A stretch of 62,105 nt of DNA, filler included, from Choristocarpus tenellus KU-1152 (Eukaryota; Protista; Phaeophyceae), in assembly GCA_964200185.2 (NCBI GenBank). It is 13 parts of 13 records of this genome, joined end to end, with 100 filler letters (N's around TTAATTAATTAA, not from the genome) between each part and the next. Parts side by side here need not be neighbours in the genome. Positions count along the whole stretch, not along the records: positions 11,679 to 15,978 come from CAXNAD020015226.1; positions 16,079 to 21,546 come from CAXNAD020010685.1; positions 21,647 to 25,267 come from CAXNAD020018906.1; 10 more parts are not named here. The stretch is one strand, 5' to 3'. Position numbers and translations under genes: made by a program. Positions within the stretch are counted from its first letter, which is position 1. Every line of letters begins with the position of its first letter. Positions 11,679 through 22,549 of the stretch are shown here, in pieces. Below the pieces are notes generated by a model. That model worked only from the letters and a program-made list of their open reading frames with translations. It did not search any database and was not told the origin of the DNA.

Positions 11679-14600
11679 CCACCCCTGATCCCACCCCCGC
11701 CAGCCTCTCTGAAGGCAGATACTCCGCTCTAACTCCAGCAGCCCACAGTCTTGCAGCCACAAGGGAACAGTCCTACAAAAAACAAACAAACAAAAAATTC
11801 AGAAAAAAAAATCGACATAAGAATTGGACCCGTGTTTCTGCGGAATGGAGGTTAGCTATATAAAAAATAAATAAATATATATATAAAAAAAAGGTTTGTT
11901 CTGGTGCAGGAGGCAGTTCAGTGGGTTTGCTATATCAGGAAGGCGACACTGTCCCACTACCAGCGAGTATCGTCATCATTCCCAGCAGTGCATGCAGGAA
12001 TTACCGTTGCTAACGAGGTCTAATGTGTGCATTGTATCCCACACACACACAGGTCAGGCAATTCACGACTTAACTCATTTTGTGCTTCACAAAGCTGGGC
12101 GGAAGTATCTTAGAGGGTACAAGTTTTCGCCCTGTTTGTCTGTTTGTCTGTTTGGGGCTTGACTTCCCACGTTTATTTATTTTTTATATATTTTTTAATC
12201 GTTCCGAAATGTTTTCGGAGTGGGTAAAATTTATAAATCATAAAAAGGTGTGTCCAGAACAAGGGTATTGACACTTCCTAACAAACACACATATATACAG
12301 CCAAAATCACGTCAAAATCACAACATTGGATTTTGGCCCCCAAGCGGATGCGGCTCTACCCTAACCCTAAGATATGTTGACTCAGAAGTAGATTAAAAAA
12401 AACATGTAACTGTTTGTAACTGTTTGTGTACGTGGGAGATTGAAGGAGTACTGAAGACGCACAAGTCATTTCCACCCAGGAATGATCCACAAAATTATCA
12501 AAATCCTGATTTGTCAATGCAACCATGTTGGTAAGCACATGTGTACACAAGATTCGGAGGTACCATTCGCCATTTTATCAACATTTGACAACGCTTTGTG
12601 CCCCTGTAAGTGGAGAGAAGCAAAATCTGTACCGTACCACTGATCTGTCCATACCTCATCTTGACATACAAATATTACATTTGTGAAAAAATTAACAGTT
12701 TTGAAGTAGGAAAGATATAACGTACAGTTCTAGGGTTACTACTACTGCAATTACGTACAGTCAGTACTTGGCTCCCTTCTTGTTCTATGATAGTATAATA
12801 TAGTATAAATACCGAAGAATATTAAATCCGTACACAAACTCGTTCGTTGTCGAAGCCCCGCTAGTGAAGTGGATAACGTCATTTCTCCAGCATGTTATGT
12901 CCCCAGGTTCGATCCCCAGCAAGGTTAGCCCTTCGCGAATTTCAATCGATAAGACGAAACGGTATGCTGGAGGTTAGCGCTCGTATATCTATATAGATAG
13001 CACATACCAGTACAGTACCCGCCCTTCACCCCTCATGTCGTAAGAGGTAAGAAAAAAATTGTTGCACCATTCCCCATCCTCTAAAACTCGAGGAAGCATT
13101 CCCCCGCCTATGAAAACCACTACAAATATTTGTCGTATTACCTTCCTTCCCCCTCCCCTCCCCTACCTATCCGGAAAACAAGAACAATCCCTTCCCTCAT
13201 ACAGGACAGGTACATTGATTCGAATTATCACAACACACTAGTGTGTTGATTTGTCGACATCTCATATGATGCTGCTCAGAATATTTGTCCCAAACCACCG
13301 TGAGAAATATGATTGGGTAGAAGTGATTGGGACCCACAAAACGATATAGTATATACTCCTCCTAACTATTCGAATGTTGAATGCAGGCTTTCCGAAGTGG
13401 ATCACCTGACCAAAATCATCACACAAAACAATCCAAGCTCTACGAACAATGACATCCTCTTGTGCAAGGCAATCAATTCAGAGCCTGTACAGTGTCCATG
13501 ACTTGGGTTAGACCCATCATTAAAGGCTGACTCAATTCCACACATTTCCACCATTTCCACAGTCAATCGCATCCCACGACATACTATCCATCACTAAGTA
13601 AACCTGATGCTCACATACTACCTCCAAGCATATGTACTATTGTTCCTACTACTATTACTCACTCACACCCACCCATTCATCAATAAATGATCGGAACTTT
13701 GGCGGATGATTTTACTACCATTATCGTCTTTTCACTATAACCTGGACCAAGTCGACACTTGGTCTCAAGGTACTTCACACTCTACCAGGGTTTGTGCAAC
13801 GCTCCTTACAAAATGGGGATCAGCCAGTCGAACAATCATCATCCTCCTACTCTTTTCTGCCCTCCTGCCATATGTACACGCATATATTTGCATTATATAT
13901 ACTTGCAAAGCCTTTTTTGAGTTCAGCGCTTTGTTTGACTTCTTGTGGCAGTAGCATGCATGGAAGTTAATTGACACAAAAGGTTAATTGACCCCAACTC
14001 TAAAAAAATCCTACCTAGCTCTCTAGCCCTAGAGGCATGTCAATTAACCGACCACACAAACAGAGAACATCACACCTACAAGGACGACTTTCCGTAACCA
14101 ACGACAGCCCTGTAAACCGCTGACCTCTGTCTGAGCCTTCATCAAAAATTTGAATCTTTTGACGAGCTGCATCTTTTCCAAAATCGGAACAATAAATTTC
14201 CCAACCGAACGAATGCAACGATTTCGCACGGCCGCACAACTTAGCCCTAGAGCCGCTATTAGGGACTTGATCACACTCCTTGAACAAAACACATCAACCA
14301 AACCTTGACTCCACGCCTCGGACTCTTCCGCACTCTTCAGTGCAAGACTGCCTACAAGCGAGTGACATCATCACTGATCCTCCAAGGACCCAAAGCATTT
14401 CAGAGGGTAGGAGTCTTGCCCTGTTTATCAGTTCGGGGGCTTGGCTTTTACCACAGTTTTTTCTTTGCCCTTTTTCGGTTTTGTGTCTGAATACAGAGTG
14501 AAAATATCTTAGGGTTAGGGTACGAATTTTGCCCTGTTTATCCGTTTGGGGCTTGACTTCCCATGGGTGTTTTTATGACATATTCCTACTCCAGAATGTT

Positions 14601-15384
14601 TCGGGGTAGGCAAAAGGTATACCTTATGAAAACGCGTGTCTGAAACATAGATAGATACTGACACTTCCTAACAAACACAATAGCCAAAACTACATCAAAT
14701 TCGTAAAATTGGATTTTGGCCTCCAAATGGACGCGGCTCTACCCCCTAAGATAATTTGGCTCTACAGTTACATAGAATACAGTTACATAAAATGTATACG
14801 ACTGTGAAAGGTGTGTCCGCAACAAGGATATTGACACTTGCTAACAAACAAGATAAGCCAAAATTACATCAAAATCATCGCAACATTGGATTGATGACTC
14901 TGAACGGATGCGGCCCTACCCTCTTAAAATGCTTTGACTCCTACAAACGTAAGTAAATGCAACACACACACAATACACAACACACACACAACACACATGC
15001 TACACAGCTTGCTAGGAGACACATTCGATGTACCCACTCAACCCATAGTGCTGGCACTACATCTTCCATTCCAGTTGATGACTCAGGACCATGATGAGAT
15101 GTGGTGCCAAGGAGAAAAGAGGAGACGGGAAGGGTTTGCAGGAGACAAAGCACTTTCACTTTTTTCCCTTTTCAAGGATGGAGGAAATTGTTCAAGAAAG
15201 GTTCTACACAGAAATAACAGTTCAAAGAAACGATCAATGATGGTAGGGATAAAAACAAACCCTTTGTTTTACCTGCAGACCCTCTGACTCAAAGCCTCTC
15301 CCTGAACAAACAACGGCATCAACGGGGGATGCCCAGTGGTACCCATCAATACTGTACAGCCCACGGTAAGGAAGATGATGAGGT
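11679..15384 (-). CDS. GCN2/HisRS-like anticodon-binding C-terminal domain fragment (2 exons)
   Basis: Exons 15273-15384 and <11679-11772 join in phase: ...ASPVDAVVCSGRGFESEGLQ|DCSLVAARLWAAGVRAEYLPS. This resembles the recalled GCN2 C-terminal motif (VLVCSRGGG...VAELW..IKAEF). The 3.5-kb intron is full of repeats. Confidence 0.5.
12097..12383. mobile_element. MITE type 2 (about 270-290 bp, TIR consensus GAGTCAAAGTATCTTAGAGGGTA)
   Basis: Left GGGCGGAAGTATCTTAGAGGGTAC, right TACCCTAACCCTAAGATATGTTGACTC; the interior is homologous to the copies at 14387-14940 and 14496-14762. Confidence 0.8.
12855..13058 (+). mobile_element. tRNA-derived SINE candidate
   Basis: Pol III A-box-like TAGTGAAGTGG (12862-12872) and B-box GGTTCGATCCC (12906-12916) at tRNA-like spacing. 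The acceptor stem is broken, a roughly 130-nt body follows and it ends in an A-rich tail. Confidence 0.55.
14387..14940. mobile_element. MITE type 2, older copy interrupted by a nested copy
   Basis: Outer TIRs GACCCAAAGCATTTCAGAGGGTAGG / CCTACCCTCTTAAAATGCTTTGACTC; the interior is split by the 14496-14762 copy. Confidence 0.75.
14496..14762. mobile_element. MITE type 2, nested copy with 4-bp TSD
   Basis: GAGTGAAAATATCTTAGGG ... CCCTAAGATAATTTGGCTC, with TACA on both flanks. Confidence 0.8.
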
Positions 15385-16151
15385 CTACCACAGGCAGCCC
15401 ACCATGGGCACAAACAAAGAGGGAAAGAGAGGCAGAACGATACAAATTAGTACTAGTATAGATAGTATAGAAAAGGCAGGAGTCATGAAGTGGAGGGGGG
15501 CAGGGGGGAGGGGGATGGGGATGGGGAGAGGGATACAAAGGTTTGCACTGATGAATGGAGGTGGTTGTAATGACCAACAAGGAAGGAGGCTGGTCCTAAT
15601 CCTCTTCATTTGCACATTTGTTATTTTGACTGTTTACAATAGGGTTAGGGTTAAGAAAGTTCGATGATCATCATCTCCCATGAGATCATATCAGTGCAAC
15701 CACCGCTCATGCGCTCAACCTCACCAATAGACCCAATATAAAACAACACAAGGGGTTAGGGCTATGGGGTTAGGTTTAGGGTTGTTCTTGTTGAAAAAAA
15801 AAATGTCACTCGTGAAGTGTTTGGTGACAGACTGTGGCAAATTAAAGAGGCGATACTTCACTGACCTGAACAAGATCCCAAGACAACATATTAATGTTTA
15901 CAAAAAAAAAAGGTTCACAACACTCTTGCCCTTAAAAGAGCAGGCCCTAACCATTGGGGAAGCTTTTCCAACCCCCCCNNNNNNNNNNNNNNNNNNNNNN
16001 NNNNNNNNNNNNNNNNNNNNNNTTAATTAATTAANNNNNNNNNNNNNNNNNNNNNNNNNNNNNNNNNNNNNNNNNNNNATGCGTGGAAACCACTAATCAG
16101 GTACTTCAGCACTATCAAATATTGTACTACTGTCGTCCTTATCTTCCCCTA

Positions 16152-16243
16152 TTAATATTATTATGCCCTCTGACATTTTGCAGATGTGTCAGCGGGGAAA
16201 CCAATGAAAACTATATACATTTGTTGTCATTAGCCCTAAAGAA
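16152..16243 (-). repeat. Dispersed 60-90 bp repeat ending in a stem-loop plus GGGCATAATAATA (possibly a Helentron/HINE-like terminus)
   Basis: Reverse complement of 21926-22012; partial copy at 10589-10640. Contains the hairpin CTGACA-CATCTGCAAAA-TGTCAG. The repeat is clear; the Helentron label is speculative. Confidence 0.6.
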
Positions 16244-16577
16244 TTAATCGGACTGAAAGTTCAAAAAAGTGCGAAAGTGGAAAACAGCTATATAGAATTC
16301 AAAACAGATTGGTTTTATATTTTGTATACATTATTATTATTAATATTAATACTATTCTTATTAGTAGAGCCCAAAGTTCAAGGTGGTTGGAAATTCGAAA
16401 AAGCTCTATAGAGCCAGTAGGGATTGGTTCTATATTATTCTAATAATAGAACTTGAAGTACGAGAAGTCGGAAAGTTGGAAATACCTCTGTGCAATCTGC
16501 TAATAATCAATTTTATATTTGTTATACTGATATTTTGTAGATTGCGAAGGGAAAGGTCGATCCAATTGGGAAGGAGA

Positions 16578-16874
16578 TGTTGGTGGGCTTTCCGTTTAGG
16601 ATTAAACTTTACAAATAAGCCGAACCGCGCGGTCAACCGTACGCGCAAGGATGAGAAGTGGAACTGGTTATACACACACGAAACAGACGGATGGACAGGA
16701 ATTACTTGGTTTACAATGTATATACGAGAGAGGGACCCCTAAAATTCAAAACTAAATCTAATAAAAGGCTTGTGCAGAAACGTAGGTTACTATAATAAAT
16801 AGAAGCGCATTCCAACCAATCTGCGTTCACCTTACGTTATTCGTGTTTCTCCATGATGTGGATCACGAATTACA
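16578..16874. mobile_element. Candidate LTR (TG...CA, 297 bp)
   Basis: Starts TGTTGG and ends TTACA, with TATAATAAATA and AATAAA inside. A purine tract abuts it on the minus strand (AGGGGGCGAGGAGGA, 16875-16889), on the side facing the decayed Copia-like DNA. Confidence 0.4.
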
Positions 16875-16889
16875 TCCTCCTCGCCCCCT

Positions 16890-18480
16890 CACTCCATACC
16901 TCACCCATCTGTTATGGTCTGACTCTGCATATTTTCAGAGGAAAGAGCCTACTTCTTGAAATTTTCTTGCATTGGATCCTGTTTCGCCCTCCTAATTTCA
17001 GTACAAATACAGTTTTTTTTGTTTGAACTTACAACCTCCTCTCTGCTGACATTAAATTAATGATTGGAAATATTGCAGTATGACTGTAGGAGTATTGCTA
17101 ATAGTGACCATCATAACGTTCCTAACTGAAGCAAATGGTCTGAGAGGCTTGCTATTTCAGCTGTTGGCGTGCAACTACTCCTGGACCACCCAACCAACAA
17201 GATGTATTATACTGCTTGGTTAAGAAGATGTAGACATGCATATCAGCTAATATTCTACTTCTACTGGAAGTGTGCTCACTACTCACTACACTACTTTCCA
17301 GAAGCATCCTTAATCCCTACGTCAAAATTACGCGCTGCATAAACTTGCATATTGGAGCGTCAAAGATATGTGTGTTTAGGACGGTATGTGGTCAAACTCA
17401 CAAGGCAAATTTTGAAGGAGATGAAATTACCAATAATTACTTACACAACATAATATATCTACAGTATACAGAAGGAGAGAAAATACTGTATCTTGCTGTA
17501 GGATGAAGGAATTATATCCTATTCCCATAATAAATAACTTCGTCACAGATCACTCCTGGAACAACTCCACATCCCATCACTCAGCAGAGCAAGAAACACA
17601 GGCCTGTACTCTTCACAAACCCTGCAACACCAGCCCCACCAAAAGCATGTTGCATTGGTTTCCATACAAAATAGCAAGCACATTGTGCAGAACAATAATA
17701 CAAGAAGGCCAGTTGTTGGTATTTCTTTTTACTTCAACTCCACCAAAACAAACATCCCGTCTATACAAAAAAGGATGCTAGTAACCAAGGATGACAACAG
17801 CACAGAAAACTAGTTTGGCACTGAACAAAATGACGAGGATACTCTTAGAGAGACCCAAGGGAAATACTTGGAGTACACTTTCTCAGGACTCACCAAAAAA
17901 CACAACTACCCATCACGCACACAATCACACCCATGTTTGTTCGCATCACATTGCACATCAGTAAACAGATACACCACCAAAAATACCCTGGTTTGTGTGC
18001 AGGAATACTGAAGGGCAAGAACAATGTTTTCCCTTGAAGGGCCTTGGCAGATTTTGACCCTATTATACTCACTACACGGACCGCCTCACCTTTTTGCTCA
18101 AAAGCACTATAATATCAACCTCAGATAACCACATTTTCACATTTAGGTGGGATCACTTCCCTGTGATAAAAGCATTGGGAACAGGAACACAAACTGAGAC
18201 TGCACAGTTACCTATTCTACCCCCACCACAGATCCCTGACCCGCTTGCAAACAAGACAGTGTATCAAACCCTCTAAACACACCTGTAAGTGATAATTTTC
18301 AACCCAACCTACATAGGAGAGGCCTCTTTGACACGTCAGCCTCGCACATGCAACCTTCCACATGTATCACTAATTAGCACTTCATCTATCGGAAGTTCGG
18401 CACAGAAATGCATCTACATTTCGACTACCCTAAAACGTAACAAAGGCAAGCAACTCGCTTGCTTTCTGTATGATATGTAT
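16890..18480 (-). pseudogene. Heavily decayed Ty1/Copia-like internal sequence
   Basis: Only motif remnants: SKSAKALQGKT (compare integrase NRxPTxALxGKTP) near 18030-18060, and GWSRSSCTPTAEIAS (compare GIDYxETFAPTAxxxS) near 17150-17190. Many stops. Confidence 0.3.
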
Positions 18481-18781
18481 GTAAAAGTTGACAAGAAAAA
18501 AAGAATTCCCTACCATTCCTGACATAGATACACTCCTCATGTGACGTACTCCAAAATAGATCAAAGTAAGCATCGCATCAGATTCCAAATTATCTTGGGA
18601 CTGAGGTCAAACCCAAGAACGGTCGCCTTCTGACCTCATGGAAGTCTTCCTGTCCACCTCCACACATTACCCTGATGGTCACAAATATCACACAGCCAGA
18701 CTACATGGGGAAGATTCACATCTAAAAATAGTTGTCTTTTTTTTACCTGTAGCAACAAAGACACAACCCCAAGTCCCTCTG

Positions 18782-21143
18782 TCATCCTGTGCCATGCATG
18801 ACAAAAACTTTCACCATACCACTGTAGTCTGCAGTGACAACACCTTGCAGACCTCTACACCACTCATGATCGCCATGTCCGCTCAGATCACCCCTACCCT
18901 CACCCTCTGGGGGGAAATTTTCTTCATGAGGCGTAGGATGCAAACTCGACTTCACCCCCCTCCTTTCACGGGTGAAGCCTTGGCAAGGAGATAAAGAGAG
19001 GTGTTTCTGGGACACAGCATTTCCTTTGATTGAAGATCCCTGGTCCATATTATATGATGTGTACAATACAAGGTAAGAGTGCAGTTACAAAAAAAAAACG
19101 GATGATGAGGTTACTAAAATAGTGGATGGATGGTTGGACGGATGGTTAGATGGATGGAGAACGTCACATAATTTAGGAAGTTTTTTAGGATGCAAGTGTG
19201 ATCATGTGGCACTGGGACACAAAGACCACTGAAAAGTCAAAGAAAATGAGGACATGCTCCAAAGGGTAAGCCAGAAAATCTCCTCCATCATCCCTCTGAG
19301 GTCGAGGCACATCAGCAACCCAGAACGCAAGGGCCATCCAGAGCCATTTCAAGTAGCTCTAGCTGTCTACTTCTATCTGAGCCTTGGCTTCAACTCAACA
19401 AAGTGTTACCGTACATTACAAAAAATATATATAAATTTAGCATCACTTGAGAATCTCAAAAGCATGTTGTCAAATCCCAACTCCACATGATTTTCAGCAT
19501 TATCTAGCAGCTTAGATCAACAGCAACCCTCCACTTGTAAGACCATTCAATGCACCTACCGATAGGTGACACTAGCAGCATGCCATGACCCTGACGAACT
19601 ATCCTGCACAAATCGAAGGCAACACCACCACAACCACAACTTAACATTGTACCCTACTCCTCAATTCATAAACCCTCATCCACGAGCATCACCCTTGTCA
19701 AAAAATCGGTCTACGGCACATCCTCCTTTGCGCATTCAAAACAAAAATAAAAGATCATTGAAACAGTCCAACGCTCAAGTATCATTCACATCCCCATAGA
19801 CACAAAACACCACTATCCAACATCCTGCATTGCGTAGTATCTGTCACAATCAACAATACACACGTACCTGTGGTGAACACTGCAGGCTTCGGTGCCCCAT
19901 ACCTGGCCTATGCTCCTCAATCGGTGTGCTGTGTGAACGAGCACTTGAAAACGTCCAACGCCGTCGCCTCAAAATGCCCCAATCCCCATTCCCCTTCTCC
20001 TTTTCCAAACCCCCTTCTCCACCCTTGAATCCAGACATGCGTTCGCCTCTGCAACTCTCCCCATGTGCACCCCCTCCTCCAACCTTCCTCCTGCCAGCTC
20101 GGCGGCCCTGACCTTCCCCACACATGTATCTAGAAAAAGACCAGAAACAATCATTTTTTCCAGCCTGTTCTCGGCTTCTACTGAGCGCAGCTTCCAGAGC
20201 AGCATCCGGTACAAATGAAGCCGCAGTTGCTAGCTTAGGACTCTTCAAGCACTGGACATTGAAAGACTGTGACGAACGGCTCTTTATCGAGACAACCTGG
20301 GTCCCCACACTCCCTCCACCCACTCTGCCCCCCCCTCCTCCTCCAGCTGCAGACTTGCTTGACTTGCTACGGTGGTCACTTTCAGCGCAAGCTCTCCATA
20401 TGTATACCTGCCAAAAAGCACCCATGTTTGAAAAAGGGGTTAGCAAAAAGAGAGAGATGAAAAAAAAAGGATGAAAAAGTGGTGCCGCAAAATACCTTAG
20501 TCAGCAGTCTGGTATCACTGTGAAAGAAACAGGCCATCCCGTAGTATGCCCTAGTCAGTTTATGACACCATCAGCAATAGGCTTGTATCATCACAACGAC
20601 GCATCAACCCTCCTATTCTTACTCTATGGCAATCTCCAATTCATCTGGCCAATTGACACTGCACCGCCTGCTGTAGGGGTGACTTGTCTCCTTGATGGTG
20701 ACACAGGGTGTACGTGTCATCCAAAGAGGGAAATGACTTGAATGCGTGACTCCAATGGTAAGACTGTGGACGATGGTGACTGACGTATTATTGCTAACCT
20801 CAGCATACACCAGTTGTGCTATTTTGTCCTATGATATTCTGTTAGATGTGTTACCTTGTGTTGTGTTGTGTTCATTTAGCTGTGCTACATTACTTCATAT
20901 TGATTGTATTATAATGTATTGTTTGTGTTGTATTATCTGTTTTTGTACGTTACATGAAAAGGAGTTAGTTAACTTTCTTGTGTTAAGAGGTGTAGAACGG
21001 TGCAGTCATGGAGCAAGTTCCGTCCCAAAATAATTTACACACACCTGGCCATCTTCTGAACCTGAAATGACATATCGCCCATCCTCACTGAATTTCGCTT
21101 TGATCTGCATATCTTGATTTATGGACCCCTTGAACTTGCATGT
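18782..21143 (-). CDS. WD40-repeat protein, WDR44-like C-terminal part
   Basis: Exon 21045-21143 TCKFKGSINQDMQIKAKFSEDGRYVISGSEDGQ joins exon 19868-20407 VYIWR... (compare recalled WDR44 KYKGYVNSSSQIKASFSHD...SGSEDKYVYIW). The last exon ends GVVTADYSGMVKVFVMHGTG* at 18782; its acceptor is unresolved. Confidence 0.75.
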
Positions 21144-21474
21144 CTGTTTCAAGACCGAAAACATACAAGACCCAGAGCATGACTTTGTGAAAATGAAAAA
21201 CTGCAGCATTCACCTCAGCATTTTGTACCTGAACTACAATTTCATTTCACTGTTCCGTATGTTTCACTGTTGATTGTCCAGAATCAGCACTTCCACAAAG
21301 CTGATCACATGTGTAACGTAACAATGACCAAGACAAACGGGGATGTCAGGCACACCAACCCTCTAATCAAATCACACATACCAACACTTAAGCTATAACA
21401 TCCATGATTGAATGTTATACATATAAACACAGAGAAAAACTCAAACAGGCACCTTTGTTCACCTGGCTCCAGAA

Positions 21475-21525
<51 letters not shown>

Positions 21526-21925
21526 ACCAAAACGGCACCACCCCCCNNNNNNNNNNNNNNNNNNNNNNNNNNNNNNNNNNNNNNNNNNNNTTAATTAATT
21601 AANNNNNNNNNNNNNNNNNNNNNNNNNNNNNNNNNNNNNNNNNNNNGACTCAATTCAACACAACAATCTCATATACACAAAATAAGGTACACCTCACTAT
21701 TGTCCTATTTTGCACAGCACTGTCTAGACGTGTCATGCGTCTTAAGCTGGAGTCACCAGGGAGATGAGCACGGAGGGGTTTATTGGATTCTTGGGATGCC
21801 TCTCTAGCTCCCCCCCCTGGGGCACAGGTATAGGTAGATTGGAAACTCAGGAAGGCAGTAGTACAACATAGAGAGTGGTGAAGTAACAAATAGATTAGCG
21901 TCGTTCACATTTATGACATTTTATC

Positions 21926-22012
21926 TCTTTAGGGCTCATACTGACATGTTTATAGTTTTTATTGGTTTCCCCCTGACACATCTGCAAAATGTCAGAGGGC
22001 ATAATAATATTA
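21926..22012 (+). repeat. Copy of the stem-loop/GGGCATAATAATA dispersed repeat
   Basis: Closely matches the reverse complement of 16152-16243. Confidence 0.7.
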
Positions 22013-22092
22013 TACAAACTCAGTATGTGACACATATCAGTTGACTCAGAATTTCACTCAGGTCTATTATTTTTTTCAAAAGAAACGGCATT

Positions 22093-22129
<37 letters not shown>

Positions 22130-22549
22130 TTTTTGCATCGCCCCCACTTACTTAGACTTCGAATCCACTCTGCGTTAAATGTACCCAATACACAACTGCA
22201 TATATATAGTCGGATTTAATACATGCACAACCTTCTTCACAAGGCAATAAGCCTCTACTCTGATCATGCATCACTTCCTTTAAACACACTGCGGAACAGT
22301 ACGTCACATTCCAGTATTCAACCAGACTCTGCACAGAGCATGTCACAAGATTCGTTGCATTGAATTCATCGGTGCATGAATGCACTAGGTCACCCATTCA
22401 CGTACAAGAATCCAGGCCTCTTCACGGAGTTCCTCATGAGAAACAACGATTCATTCAATTGAAGGATTTAACTGTGAACACTGGCAAATCCCTCATAGAT
22501 CCCCTTGTGGAAATTGTGTTCCTGCGAGGCCTGAGAGTTGAGACATCAT

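Noticed and set aside
12855-12927. Functional tRNA gene
   Set aside because: The acceptor stem has mismatches and there is no convincing anticodon stem; it is treated as a SINE head.
13231-13248. Perfect 18-bp palindrome CAACACACTAGTGTGTTG
   Set aside because: Single, intronic and partly CA/TG low-complexity; no context supports a function.
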